Shown piece after piece: positions 9,132-21,232 of a stretch of DNA of 62,227 bases; position 1 is the stretch's first letter; every line of letters starts with the position of its first letter. Source of the stretch: Syntrophorhabdales bacterium. Lineage in GTDB: Bacteria; Desulfobacterota; Syntrophorhabdia; Syntrophorhabdales; WCHB1-27. Made by a program: the position numbers and the translations under genes. A model generated the notes under the pieces. It did no database searches. It was not told where the DNA came from and worked only from the letters and a program-made list of their open reading frames with translations. The DNA is taken from positions 1-62,227 of the forward strand of contig JBEKOT010000007.1 of assembly GCA_049521495.1 (NCBI GenBank), given 5' to 3'.

Positions 9132-9537
9132 TGGGCGGTCTTAGACGCGGTCGAGATCCTCGTAACGGCCCTAAAAAGCGCCGCTTGCAGGACCTCATAC
9201 TCCTCTTCCTCGGGGGAGAGCTCCCTCAGGGCGGTCTCGGCCCTCTCTTTTGCCCTCTGGGCCCTTACCAGATCGATCTCTTCTCCGAACTCTGCCGTGT
9301 CGAGGAGCAGGAGCACCCTGTCGTCCCGGACCTCGGCAAAGCCCCCGCTCGTAGCGATGAAGCGGGTCCTCCCTTCGAAAGTATAGCGCACCTCGCCGTG
9401 GTTAAGGGTGGAGAGAAAAGTGACGTGACCCGGCAGGACGCCGAACTCTCCCAGCGCACCCGGGGCCTCTACCAGGTTTGCGTCCTGGCTCACCATTACC
9501 CTCTCCGGTGTGATAATCTCCAGCCGGAGTTTCTCCA

Positions 9538-9538
<1 letters not shown>
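9128..9538 (-). CDS. atpC: ATP synthase F1 epsilon subunit
   Basis: LEIITPER, GEFGVLPGH, GGFAEV, RAQRAKERAE; position after atpD. Confidence 0.95.
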
Positions 9539-11812
<2,274 letters not shown>

Positions 11813-11813
11813 G

Positions 11814-13322
11814 TCACGCCTTGAAGCGCTCCTTGAAGGAGGCGAGAGCCTTGTTCAGTGAGCCTTCGATGTTTGCGTCGATTTCCTTCTTGTCCCGGAC
11901 CGCCGCAAGTATGTCGGCGTGCTCCTTCTCCATGTAGGCGAGCATCTCCTCCTCGTACCTCGATACGGCCGATTCAGGGTAGCCGTCCGTGTAGCCGTTC
12001 GTACCGGCATAGAGCAGTACTACCTGCTTCTCCACGGGGTAAGGCGAATAGAGGCCCTGCTTCAAAAGCTCCTGCAGGCGCGCGCCCCTCGAGAGAAGGG
12101 CCCGGGTGGACTTGTCGAGGTCGCTCCCGAACTTCGCGAAGGCGGCCATCTCCCTGTACTGGGCGAGGTCGATCCTGAGGCGGCCGGCCACCTGCTTCAT
12201 CGCCTTCGTCTGAGCGTTGCCGCCGACGCGGGAGACGGAGAGGCCCACGTTGATGGCCGGCCTGTTCCCGGAATAGAAGAGCTCGGGTTCGAGGTATATC
12301 TGCCCGTCGGTAATGGAGATGACGTTCGTCGGGATATAGGCGGAGACGTCGCCTGCCTGGGTCTCGATGATTGGCAGGGCGGTCAGCGAGCCGCCACCGT
12401 GGGCATCGTCCCATTTCGCAGCCCTCTCGAGGAGCCTCGAGTGGAGGTAGAATATGTCGCCCGGATAGGCCTCCCTGGCAGGCGGTCTTCGCAAGAGCAG
12501 GGAGAGCTGCCTGTAAGCGACGGCATGCTTCGAGAGGTCGTCGTAAGCGATCATGGCATGGCGGCCCGTGTCCCTGAAGTATTCGCCCATGGAGCAGCCG
12601 GAGAAGGGGGCGAGGTACTGGAGAGGCGCCGTATCGCTTGCGGTTGCCGCCACGACGGTAGTATATTCCATGGCGCCGTAGGCCGTAAGAACGTCGACGA
12701 TCCTTGCTACGGACGATCTCTTCTGGCCTATTGCAACGTAGAAGCAGAAGACACCCTTACCTTTCTGGTTTATGATCGTGTCTATGACGATGGCCGTCTT
12801 CCCCGTGCCCCTGTCACCTATGATCAGCTCCCGCTGTCCCCTTCCGATGGGGATCATGGCGTCGATGGCCTTTATGCCCGTCTGGAGCGGCTCTTTCACC
12901 GGCTGCCTCACGACAACACCCGGCGCCCTCTGCTCGACGTTCCTGTACTCGCTTGCTTCGATAGGCCCCTTTCCGTCGAGCGGGTTCCCCAGGGCGTCGA
13001 CTACCCGACCGACAAGGCCCTCGCCCACAGGGACCCGAGCGATCCTTCCGGTCCTCTTGACGAGGTCCCCTTCCTTTATCTCTGTGTAATCGCCGAAGAT
13101 AACGGCGCCTATATTGTCTTCCTCAAGGTTCAGGACCATGCCGATGACGTTATGGGGGAACTCGATCAGCTCCCCGGACTCGGCGTTCTCGAGACCGTAA
13201 ATCCTCGCAATACCGTCTCCGACGGTGATAACGGCACCCGTCTCCTGCAGGTCGATCTCTCTCTCGAAGCCCGATATTTTCTGCTCTATAATTCTGCTTA
13301 TCTCGTCGGCCTTAACTGCCAT
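11814..13322 (-). CDS. atpA: ATP synthase F1 alpha subunit
   Basis: [33 protein letters not shown]. Confidence 0.99.
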   Translation of the reverse strand: MAVKADEISRIIEQKISGFEREIDLQETGAVITVGDGIARIYGLENAESGELIEFPHNVIGMVLNLEEDNIGAVIFGDYTEIKEGDLVKRTGRIARVPVGEGLVGRVVDALGNPLDGKGPIEASEYRNVEQRAPGVVVRQPVKEPLQTGIKAIDAMIPIGRGQRELIIGDRGTGKTAIVIDTIINQKGKGVFCFYVAIGQKRSSVARIVDVLTAYGAMEYTTVVAATASDTAPLQYLAPFSGCSMGEYFRDTGRHAMIAYDDLSKHAVAYRQLSLLLRRPPAREAYPGDIFYLHSRLLERAAKWDDAHGGGSLTALPIIETQAGDVSAYIPTNVISITDGQIYLEPELFYSGNRPAINVGLSVSRVGGNAQTKAMKQVAGRLRIDLAQYREMAAFAKFGSDLDKSTRALLSRGARLQELLKQGLYSPYPVEKQVVLLYAGTNGYTDGYPESAVSRYEEEMLAYMEKEHADILAAVRDKKEIDANIEGSLNKALASFKERFKA

Positions 13323-13325
13323 ATT

Positions 13326-13868
13326 CTACTCCTCCATGATGCGTTCGCTCAGTAGCTCGAGCTGTCTTTTGACGCTGCCGTCGATCCTCAACCCGCCCAC
13401 GATCACCTTGATCCCCCCGATGAGGCCTTTGTCCTCCTCCACCTTGAGATCCACTTTTTTTCCGAGCCTCTCCGTGAGGGCCTCCTCGATCTTTTGCTTC
13501 ACGCCAACGGGTACAGGATAGGCCGAATGACATACGCCCCTTGCCCTTCCCTCCTTGTCGTCGACCATCTCCTCGTAGGCGTCGCGTATGAGGGGCAGGT
13601 AGTTCATCCTGTGCTTCTCCAAAAGGAGGCCCAGGATTGCGGCAACGGGGGGCAAGACGCTCAAAGCGGCCACGATGTCGGAGAGCAGCTCCTTTCTCTT
13701 TTTCATCTCGACCAGGGGCAGCATGAGGGCCTTCTCGATCTTCGGCTCGCCGGCTGCAAGGGACAAGACCTTGTTCACCTCTCCCAGGTAGTCCCTGTAT
13801 CTTCCATCCTTTTCGCCCACGGCAAAAAGACCCTTCGCATACCTTCTAGCGATCGACTGGCGTATCAA
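13326..13868 (-). CDS. atpH: ATP synthase F1 delta subunit
   Basis: IARRYAKGLF, LIGGIKVIVG...IDGSV. Confidence 0.95.
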   Translation of the reverse strand: MIRQSIARRYAKGLFAVGEKDGRYRDYLGEVNKVLSLAAGEPKIEKALMLPLVEMKKRKELLSDIVAALSVLPPVAAILGLLLEKHRMNYLPLIRDAYEEMVDDKEGRARGVCHSAYPVPVGVKQKIEEALTERLGKKVDLKVEEDKGLIGGIKVIVGGLRIDGSVKRQLELLSERIMEE

Positions 13869-14365
13869 TTGACGCTCCTTACCTTTCGGATAAACTCTTC
13901 AACCATCCGGTCGTGGTCATCCTTTCCGAAGATCTTGCGCACCTTCTCTTCGGCCGTTTTTATCGTCCGATCGGCGATCTCGGCCCTGATCCTAGCCGTC
14001 GCCTCTCGCATCTCCTGCTCGTAGGCGAGGCGGGCCTGGCCGCTTATCCTCAAGGCAAGGGCCTGTGCTTCGTCGGCGATCTTCTTTTTCTCCTTCTCCA
14101 TTTCTTCGAGGATCGACTTCCGGAAGGACGCAATCTCGGCATCGAGCCTGGAGAGCCGATCCTCATAAAGCTTTTTTGCCTCCTCTGCTTCGGCGATCAG
14201 GCGGCCGGCCTCTTCCATCTTCTCTCTTACGGACTGGCTCCTTTTGCGGAGGTAGTCGCCAAGGGGCTTTCTCAAAAGGTAGACAAGGGCGAAGACGAGG
14301 AGCCCGAAGTTGATGAACTGGAACAGGAGCTGCAGCCACAGGGGGAGGTCCTTTCCGAGTCCCAT
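13865..14365 (-). CDS. atpF: ATP synthase F0 subunit b
   Basis: N-terminal TM (QFINF.LLV..L) plus long charged coiled coil. Confidence 0.9.
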   Translation of the reverse strand: MGLGKDLPLWLQLLFQFINFGLLVFALVYLLRKPLGDYLRKRSQSVREKMEEAGRLIAEAEEAKKLYEDRLSRLDAEIASFRKSILEEMEKEKKKIADEAQALALRISGQARLAYEQEMREATARIRAEIADRTIKTAEEKVRKIFGKDDHDRMVEEFIRKVRSVN

Positions 14366-14790
14366 TACGCACCCCTTCCTGTAACCTTATGCGCTATCTC
14401 GACTGCAAGGCGGTCGGACTCGCCGACAAGGGCGCCAAGGGTCCTTTCCGCCTCAGTCCTTACCGCCTCTCTGGCCTTGGCGAGCTCGCCTGCAAGCTCT
14501 CTCCTCGCCTCTTCTATGACCTTCATCGAAGCAGCGTGCGCCTCTTTGAGCGCTGCCTCCTTCTCTTCGAGTATGGGGAGCTTCTTCTCCTTCAGGCCCT
14601 CGTCGTAAGTCCGGGAGAGGCCTTCAGCCTCCTCCTTCTTCTCTTCCGCCCTCTCCGCAAGGTCCCGGATGGCGGCCCTGCGCTTCGAGAGATGGCCGAG
14701 GATGGGCCTGAAGAGCAGCGTATTGAGGAGGATGAGGAGGATGAGAAACTGAAAAAACTGTATAATAATCGTATAGTTAAATTCGATCAT
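14365..14790 (-). CDS. atpF: ATP synthase F0 subunit b'
   Basis: MIEFNYTIIIQFFQFLILLILLNTLLFRPI then coiled coil; start placed at ATG 14790. Confidence 0.88.
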   Translation of the reverse strand: MIEFNYTIIIQFFQFLILLILLNTLLFRPILGHLSKRRAAIRDLAERAEEKKEEAEGLSRTYDEGLKEKKLPILEEKEAALKEAHAASMKVIEEARRELAGELAKAREAVRTEAERTLGALVGESDRLAVEIAHKVTGRGA

Positions 14791-14891
14791 ACTTGCCCCC
14801 CCGAGCCTTGTCAGACGCGAGAATTTGCTCGCCACCTTTCATAACATGGAATCACCCGGATTTTCAACCCATTTCTGTCCGAACCTTACTC

Positions 14892-15704
14892 TTAAGGCGC
14901 GACGCCGAGGCAGTCCAGCAGCCTATCGAGGTCTTCCCTGGAATAGAATTCGATAATAACCTTGCCCTTATTCCCTTTGAATGTGACCTGTACCTTTGTT
15001 TTCAACGCCTCGCGCAGCATTTCCTCAGCATCGAGGAAGGGCGAGGCGCTCGCGCCGCGGCCTGTTTTCCTGACCCTCTCCAGCTCTCTCACCGAAAGGC
15101 CTTCGTCGAGCACCCTCCTCACGTATCGCTTCTGCTCCTGTTCGCTCTTCAGTGTTATAAGGGTCCTGCCGTGGCCCTGCGTCAGCTTGCCCGATGCAAG
15201 GAGATCCTTTATCCATGAAGGGAGTTTGAGGAGTCTTATATAGTTTGAAACGGAGCTTCTCTCGATGCCCATTTTTTTTGCCAGTCCCTCATGGGTGTAG
15301 CCGAAGTCGTCTACGAAACGCTGGTATACGGTCGCTATCTCAAGAGGATTCAAATCTTCCCTCTGCAGGTTCTCCACCATAGCGAGCTCGAGGGCCTCCC
15401 GATCGTCCGCTTCCTTGATAATAGCGGGAACCTCTTTAAGCCCCGCCATTTTCGCTGCCCTGAAGCGGCGCTCGCCCGCGATGATCTCGTAGGCGCCCTC
15501 CTTCCTCCTGACGAGGATCGGCTGCAGAACACCTTTTTCTTCAATGGAAGCAGCGAGCTCCTGAAGAGATTCTCGCCTTATCTCGATTCGGGGCTGGTTG
15601 GGGTTCATCAATATCTGCTGGACGGGGATGGGATGAACACCCCCCTCGTCCACATCCCTCAGGATGGCCGACAGCCCCCTTCCGAGCGGGTCTTTCTTGC
15701 GCAT
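14892..15704 (-). CDS. parB: Chromosome partitioning protein ParB
   Basis: LGRGLSAIL, NPNQPR, GVLQPI, IAGERR.RA, ENLQREDLNP. Confidence 0.95.
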   Translation of the reverse strand: MRKKDPLGRGLSAILRDVDEGGVHPIPVQQILMNPNQPRIEIRRESLQELAASIEEKGVLQPILVRRKEGAYEIIAGERRFRAAKMAGLKEVPAIIKEADDREALELAMVENLQREDLNPLEIATVYQRFVDDFGYTHEGLAKKMGIERSSVSNYIRLLKLPSWIKDLLASGKLTQGHGRTLITLKSEQEQKRYVRRVLDEGLSVRELERVRKTGRGASASPFLDAEEMLREALKTKVQVTFKGNKGKVIIEFYSREDLDRLLDCLGVAP

Positions 15705-16469
15705 TTAACTCCCGTCACACGATATTTCTGCTGCCAGGTCGAGGTAGCTCTCGGCGCCTTTCGATGCCGCGTCATAGAGGATCACCGGTTTCCCGTAGCT
15801 CGGCGCTTCGCTCAACCGGACGTTCCTCGGTATGACCGTCCGAAAAACCTTGTCTCCAAGGTGTCTCCGGGCTTCCTCCATAACGCGGAAGGAAAGGTTG
15901 TTCCGCTTGTCGAACATGGTAAGAAGCACGCCAAGAATTTCCAGTTCCGGATTGAGCCTTTTCTTTATGACAGAGATCGTTTTCAATAAAAGGACGAGTC
16001 CTTCCAGCGCGTAGTATTCGCATTGAAGAGGAATGATGACAAAATCGGAGGCAGCCAGCGCGTTGACGGTGAGGAGGCCCAGGGAAGGGGGGCAGTCGAT
16101 AATGGTGAAAAGGTAGCTCTCCCTTACCCCTGCTATGGCCTTTTTCAAGATCAGCTCCCTTTCTTCCATGTCGAGGAGCTCGATCTCTGCTCCGATCATA
16201 TCGGGATGGCCGGGGGCAAGGTCGAGCATCGGAAGGGCCGTTTTCACAATGACCCGTTCTATGGCCGCGTCGCCTATCACGGTGCGGTACAGGTGCTCTT
16301 TCAGCTTCCCGTAAGAGACGCCGACGCCGCTCGTCGCGTTGCACTGGGGGTCCATGTCTACGAGAAGCGTCCGATGCTCGGCTACGGCGACCGACGCCGC
16401 GAGGTTGATTGCCGTTGTCGTTTTTCCCACACCGCCTTTTTGGTTTGCGATCGCGATGATCTTACCCAT
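15705..16469 (-). CDS. parA: Chromosome partitioning ATPase ParA/Soj
   Basis: NQKGGVGKTTT, DMDPQCNAT, IDCPPSLG, NVRLSEAPS. Confidence 0.96.
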   Translation of the reverse strand: MGKIIAIANQKGGVGKTTTAINLAASVAVAEHRTLLVDMDPQCNATSGVGVSYGKLKEHLYRTVIGDAAIERVIVKTALPMLDLAPGHPDMIGAEIELLDMEERELILKKAIAGVRESYLFTIIDCPPSLGLLTVNALAASDFVIIPLQCEYYALEGLVLLLKTISVIKKRLNPELEILGVLLTMFDKRNNLSFRVMEEARRHLGDKVFRTVIPRNVRLSEAPSYGKPVILYDAASKGAESYLDLAAEISCDGS

Positions 16470-16500
16470 AGACAAGATACATTAGCACAAAACAATCTTT

Positions 16501-17121
16501 CTATGAAACCTTTTTGTACACGAAAAGCTGGTACGCCTTGTCGTTCCCCGGCAGGCTGTAACTCTCCTCGCGCTGTAATAGAAACCCCTCGTGGGCAGGC
16601 GCCTTTTGCCCCTTGCCCTTGACGATATAGGCCGATCCCCCTTCGTTGAGGTGCCTTCTTCCCTTGTCGAGGACGACAGGCACCGGGCCGAAAGCCTTTG
16701 CGATGAGAACATCGACGCCCGTGCGCGGCGCTTCTTCTATGCGACCGTGGACGATTTCCAGCCGGTCCAGACCCAGAAGCCGTTTCACATGCCTCTGGAA
16801 CTGGGCCTTCTTCAGGTTTTTCTCAACCGATACAATCCTCCTTTCGGGGTCGAGTATTGCCATGGAGACAGAGACCACGCCCGATCCTGAGCCGAGGTCG
16901 AGAAGCGACCTCGCACCGGCTATGCGCGAGTGGAGGAAAAAGGCGTCATACACGAGCTCGGCGACGACCCGGCTGCTTCCTTTGAGGCCGACTAGGTTCA
17001 TCGTCCGGCTCCACCTGTCAAGCTCTCGTACGTAAGACGCGAGACTGGAGACGCATCGGGCGCCGCACCCGATGCGGAAGTGGGCAAGGCCTTCCGCGAT
17101 CAGCTCTTCCAGACTGTCCAT
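16501..17121 (-). CDS. rsmG: 16S rRNA m7G527 methyltransferase
   Basis: WSRTMNLVG, LLDLGSGSG, KKAQF, RIEE, AKAF; adjacent to parA; start set at MDSLEE after a GGAGA SD. Confidence 0.85.
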   Translation of the reverse strand: MDSLEELIAEGLAHFRIGCGARCVSSLASYVRELDRWSRTMNLVGLKGSSRVVAELVYDAFFLHSRIAGARSLLDLGSGSGVVSVSMAILDPERRIVSVEKNLKKAQFQRHVKRLLGLDRLEIVHGRIEEAPRTGVDVLIAKAFGPVPVVLDKGRRHLNEGGSAYIVKGKGQKAPAHEGFLLQREESYSLPGNDKAYQLFVYKKVS

Positions 17122-17216
17122 GACGCACTCTCCGAGAGTGCTTCTATCTTGGCTCTTCCGTTCGGTTTCAGGGGCGCGAATCCTCGACATTAAGGTTAGC
17201 ATAAATTCTTCGTTTC

Positions 17217-17225
17217 TGTTATAGT
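17217..17225 (+). promoter_or_regulatory. Extended -10 element, probably a leaderless transcript of bamD-lptA
   Basis: TGtTATAGT followed 5 nt later by ATG 17231; no SD. Confidence 0.5.
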
Positions 17226-17230
17226 AAACG

Positions 17231-18718
17231 ATGCGCAAAAGTCTTTTAATGCTTGCTATCCTTTGCCTTACCGTTGCCTTCTGCGGCGGCAAGAAGACCG
17301 AAGTGAAAAAGGTCGACAGCCCCGGGAACCTTTACATCGAAGGTCTGGCCTTCATGAAAAAGAAAAACTACGATAAGGCAATAGCAAGCTTCAGCAAAGT
17401 CCGTGAGAACTACCCTTTCGACCCTATCGCGCTGGTTGCGCAGATAAAACAGGCGGACGCCAACTTCGATAAAAAGTCGTACGCCGCCGCCGCCGGCATC
17501 TATGAGGACTTTATCAACAGCTATCCTGAGGACGAAAACGCAGCATACGCCCTGAGGCGCCTCGCGGAATGCTACGAGAAAACGTCTCCTTCAATCGAAC
17601 GCGATCAGGCGAATACGTTCAAGGCGCTGGAGCGTTTCACCTTTTTAAAGAATCGTTATCCCGACAGCCCCTATGCCAAGGATGCCGAGGTCCATCTTGC
17701 GAACCTCACCCAGAAGCTGGCGGCCCGGGAATTCTACGTGGGCGAGTTCTACCTCAAGTACGGAAAGTATAATGCCTCCATTATGCGCCTCGAGTACTTT
17801 CTCGAAAAGTATCCCAAAGCGAAAGACAGGGACAAGGCCCTTTATTACCTGGCTCAGGATTATAGGGAGCTGCAGAACCCCGAGAAAGCACAAAGCTACC
17901 TCGACAGGCTCAAGAAGGAATATCCGAACGGCACGTACGGCCGGTCCGTAAAGCGTGAGCGAAAGACCTTGCAGGTTGCCGCTGCCAATCCGACCGTCGG
18001 CGGGGACGGAAAGGCGGCGACTGCCCGGCCGGCCGACTTTTCTTATGAAGAACAGAAGGTGAGGCAGATCGATCTCAGACCGGAGGAAACACAAAAAGGG
18101 GGCGAGACTGAGGCAAAAGCTAGTGAAAGCCCGAAAGGCTCGGTCCAGGCTCCGGCCGGAGGGCCGGGCGGATCATCGCAAGCACAGGCGGGAGGGCAAG
18201 AAGCCCGCAAGACCGCAACGGCTGCGCGTCAGGAAGCGCCGGCTGCAGCAGGCGCCGCGAGCGACGGAGAGAAGCAGCAGTCGAAAAAAACGGGCGACAA
18301 AAAAGACTCCCTCGGATTCTTTTCCGAAAAGAAGCCGGTCGATGTGGTGGCCGACACGATGGAAGGACTGGAAAAAGGGAAGATCATCGTCTTCAAGGGC
18401 AACGTTATTGCCAAGCAGGTAGACCTCTACCTTTTTTCTGACATGCTCACCGCATACATAAATGAAGAGACGAACGAGATCGACAGAGCCAAGGCAGAAG
18501 GTAACGTGAAAATCGTCAAGCTCGATAGAACGGCGACCTGCAAAGAGGCCTTTTTCTACAACGATAAAGGCGAGATCATCCTGCAAGGGGACGTTGTCGT
18601 TTTCTCCGGCAATGACAGGGTCTCGGGGAACACGGTTACCTACTACATAAACGAGGACCGGGTCCACGTGGAGGGCGAGAAAGACAAGAGGGCCAAGGCG
18701 CTCATCACGCCCAAGTAA
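17231..18718 (+). CDS. bamD: BamD-LptA(OstA)-like fusion protein
   Basis: TPR BamD motifs (NYPFDP, ERDQ, YPDSPYA, LAAREFYVGEFY) to about 17970; A/G/Q/E-rich linker; LptA-like beta-jellyroll (VDVVADTME..FKGNVIAKQ..SDML..AEGNVKI..SGNTVTY) at 18330-18718; one uninterrupted ORF. Confidence 0.88.
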   Translation: MRKSLLMLAILCLTVAFCGGKKTEVKKVDSPGNLYIEGLAFMKKKNYDKAIASFSKVRENYPFDPIALVAQIKQADANFDKKSYAAAAGIYEDFINSYPEDENAAYALRRLAECYEKTSPSIERDQANTFKALERFTFLKNRYPDSPYAKDAEVHLANLTQKLAAREFYVGEFYLKYGKYNASIMRLEYFLEKYPKAKDRDKALYYLAQDYRELQNPEKAQSYLDRLKKEYPNGTYGRSVKRERKTLQVAAANPTVGGDGKAATARPADFSYEEQKVRQIDLRPEETQKGGETEAKASESPKGSVQAPAGGPGGSSQAQAGGQEARKTATAARQEAPAAAGAASDGEKQQSKKTGDKKDSLGFFSEKKPVDVVADTMEGLEKGKIIVFKGNVIAKQVDLYLFSDMLTAYINEETNEIDRAKAEGNVKIVKLDRTATCKEAFFYNDKGEIILQGDVVVFSGNDRVSGNTVTYYINEDRVHVEGEKDKRAKALITPK

Positions 18719-18739
18719 GCCTGCTTCCCTCCCCGACCT

Positions 18740-19075
18740 TTACGCTGTCTTGGCAAGCACCTTCTTGATGAGGCTGTCTACCGTCCCCTTCGGGACGGCC
18801 CCGACGACACGGTCCACAGCCTCGCCCTTGTGGAACAAGATGAGCGTCGGTATGCCTCTAACACCGAATTTTGAAGGAGTGAGGGGGTTAGAGTCGACGT
18901 TGAGCTTCATTACTTTGATCTTGCCTTCATACTCGTCGGCCACATTGTCGAGGACGGGCCCCATCATCTGGCAGGGTCCGCACCAGGTAGCCCAAAAATC
19001 GACCAGAACCGGAAGACTCGACTCTTCGACCTCCTTTGCAAAATCTCCGTCATTTAATGGTAGTGCCTTGCTCAT
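18740..19075 (-). CDS. trxA: Thioredoxin
   Basis: [20 protein letters not shown]; GGAGGAGG RBS. Confidence 0.97.
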   Translation of the reverse strand: MSKALPLNDGDFAKEVEESSLPVLVDFWATWCGPCQMMGPVLDNVADEYEGKIKVMKLNVDSNPLTPSKFGVRGIPTLILFHKGEAVDRVVGAVPKGTVDSLIKKVLAKTA

Positions 19076-19132
19076 GCCTCCTCCTCTCGGTCCGTCGATT
19101 AAGGGAATGGCGCCGCCATTCCGTCCTTATCG

Positions 19133-19297
19133 TCAGGTGAAGCGACCGCGCGGCCGGCACGATGAAGCGGTGTCCGGCCTCTCAGGCTGAGGCGCCACCT
19201 CCCTGCTGCCGCAGTGAACGCACCGGGGCTCCTTTTCTTTCTCCTTCGCTTGAAAAGGCCGGCCGCATCTCTTGCATTCATACTTCTCGCCTTCCAT
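19133..19297 (-). CDS. 54-aa zinc-ribbon microprotein (FmdB-like), below the ORF-track cutoff
   Basis: AAGGAGGAG upstream; MEGEKYECKRCGRPF...PRCVHCGSREV...SSCRPRGRFT*. Confidence 0.75.
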   Translation of the reverse strand: MEGEKYECKRCGRPFQAKEKEKEPRCVHCGSREVAPQPERPDTASSCRPRGRFT

Positions 19298-19346
19298 GAT
19301 TCCTATTGCTCCTCCTTGCGTGATGAGATCGTATTTTGGTCTCCCT

Positions 19347-19375
19347 AGTATAAGGCGTCTGAAATCCGTTTACAA
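19347..19375 (-). promoter_or_regulatory. Sigma70 promoter for the zinc-ribbon/trxA unit
   Basis: TTGTAA-17 nt-TATACT on the minus strand. Confidence 0.6.
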
Positions 19376-19544
19376 CCCGGTCTAATGGTGGCCGGAAAAC
19401 AACCGCCCGTATATCCCTCTCGATAGCAACACTTGCAAAGGCGGATAGGAAAAAACGACGAGGCCATTCCCGGACCCTGGCCGAAAGGCGATCACAGGAA
19501 CAACTCACGAGGGGAGAGGGGTGCGGAAGGTGCCTTTCTCCCTT

Positions 19545-19733
19545 CTAGAAGAGAAAGCTTGCCTTCTCTTTGCCGTTGAGAATGCCTATGTACACATCCT
19601 CGTCGGACATCTCATTGCTGCCCATTTCCTTTTTAACCTGGCTGCTTCCGCAGCTCGGGCAGAAGATGTTTTTCATGTTCAGGGGGAGGAACAAACATCC
19701 GCACAGATCGCATACGTATTCTTCTGGTATCAT
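19545..19733 (-). CDS. 62-aa zinc-ribbon microprotein
   Basis: AAGGAGG RBS; YVCDLCG...FCPSCGS motif pair. Confidence 0.7.
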   Translation of the reverse strand: MIPEEYVCDLCGCLFLPLNMKNIFCPSCGSSQVKKEMGSNEMSDEDVYIGILNGKEKASFLF

Positions 19734-19861
19734 CGCGCACTGTCCTCCTTTTTACACGACCGCAGTCCATGCAGAGCCCGCTAAGCGATGCAATGGTTTT
19801 TCGAATGCCTACATACTATGCCGCGCGGCCCCGTAATGTCAATAGGGTGAAAAAAAGGCTC

Positions 19862-20518
19862 CTATCCGAAGAATTCGGATAGCACCATCTCAAAGTTCTT
19901 CTTTACGGCTTTTCTCCCTTTCAGCATCTCGCCGTGGCCGGGGATCAGGTATTCGATGTCCAGCTTCGAGAGCTTTTTGATGCTCGCCGCAAGGAGGCCG
20001 GCGTCGCCGCCCGGCAGGTCCGTCCTTCCTACGCCGAGGGAGAAAACGGTATCGCCTGATATGAGGGCCCCCTCGTTCCTTAGATAGAGACAGATCGAGC
20101 CCGGTGAGTGACCTGGGGTGTCGATTACGAGGAGTTCTTTTTCCCCGAGAAAGAGAGGGCCTTCCTTCAGAAGCAGCTTGAACGGCCTGGCGGGTAACTG
20201 AGTGCCGAGGGCCATGAAAAGCTCCTTTCCGTCCTCCTTCATGTACGCGTATTCTTTCCCGCCTATCCCACGAAGCACTTTCTCGTCGAAAAGGTCGGTC
20301 GCCTCTATATGGTCGGGATGACCGTGAGTGAACAGAATCAGCTTGAGGCGTCCCGGATCGACCCCGTCGCGCGCCATGGCCATCGCAAGGTTGGAGAACA
20401 GGTGGGCATGGCCAGGGTCGATCAGGGTGGGTACGGCGCCCTCGATAAAGACCGAGTTCGCGTTGTTCTCCTGATAAGATTGCCAGGGATAAAAGTTGAC
20501 GTCCTTAAAAACCCTCAT
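19862..20518 (-). CDS. Metallo-beta-lactamase fold hydrolase
   Basis: THGHPDH, TPGHSPGS, SGDT, PGHG. Confidence 0.9.
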   Translation of the reverse strand: MRVFKDVNFYPWQSYQENNANSVFIEGAVPTLIDPGHAHLFSNLAMAMARDGVDPGRLKLILFTHGHPDHIEATDLFDEKVLRGIGGKEYAYMKEDGKELFMALGTQLPARPFKLLLKEGPLFLGEKELLVIDTPGHSPGSICLYLRNEGALISGDTVFSLGVGRTDLPGGDAGLLAASIKKLSKLDIEYLIPGHGEMLKGRKAVKKNFEMVLSEFFG

Positions 20519-20545
20519 GGTCCTCCTTGGTCCGCCCGGATCCGG

Positions 20546-21232
20546 CTAGGGGATATCTATATTGAACTTTATCTCCGCTTCCGACTTCCTCCCATAGATC
20601 GGCTTTACCCCCAGGCTATGACCGGCGGCGCGTGCGGCAATCCCTGCTCGCAGGAGCGCCTCTCCGGAGACCCTTCTAGCGCCGTCGATAAGGCGCAGTC
20701 CCTCGATGCCGGCAAGCTCTGCCCTGCAAAGCTCTACCCCCGTCCCGAAACAAAGGCAGGGGCTCGGGATGGACTCCTTTATTTTTTCCGGCTTCAGGGA
20801 GTGAAAACCCTTTATACGGACGGCTTCCCCCCCTGCTGCGCGGTAGAGGGCAAAAAAGACTTCGCCTTTTTTTGCGTCTATTAGCGGGCAAAGGTAGTAA
20901 CCCTCCATGAAAGCGAAGGGGAAAGCGAGGACGTCAGGGGTCGGTATGCCGAAAAGAGGGACGGCCAGGCCTTCTGCAAGGCCCTTTGAAAAAGCGAGGG
21001 CGACCCTTACGCCTGTGAAGGAGCCAGGGCCGAGCGTCACAAGGAGCATGGAAAGGTCCCCCGCGACGTATCCGTGGTCCGCGAGGAGGCTCCCGACCAT
21101 TCCGGGCAGCACCTCTGAAGGATGGCGCCCGATCTTCGAGTGGCGTTCCTCTATGAGCCGATCCTCCGTGCCAAGGACGAGGTTAAGGAAATCCATCGAA
21201 TTGTCGAGGCCGAGGATAAGCCTATCTGACAT
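20546..21232 (-). CDS. tsaB: tRNA t6A biosynthesis protein TsaB
   Basis: ILGLDNS, RHPSE.L, GPGSFTGVR, IDAKKGEVF, PIYGR. Confidence 0.93.
   Translation of the reverse strand: MSDRLILGLDNSMDFLNLVLGTEDRLIEERHSKIGRHPSEVLPGMVGSLLADHGYVAGDLSMLLVTLGPGSFTGVRVALAFSKGLAEGLAVPLFGIPTPDVLAFPFAFMEGYYLCPLIDAKKGEVFFALYRAAGGEAVRIKGFHSLKPEKIKESIPSPCLCFGTGVELCRAELAGIEGLRLIDGARRVSGEALLRAGIAARAAGHSLGVKPIYGRKSEAEIKFNIDIP

Noticed and set aside
11919-13355. 478-aa antisense ORF (likewise 22322-23380, 31095-32324, 43135-44595)
   Set aside because: Shadow frames opposite well-conserved genes, expected from GC-rich codon bias; no motifs or SD
16501-17292. N-terminal extensions in the ORF track for rsmG (also rpsB 27822, selB 31134, radical SAM 34198, hup 46348)
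   Set aside because: Homology and SD or promoter positions support the shorter starts used above
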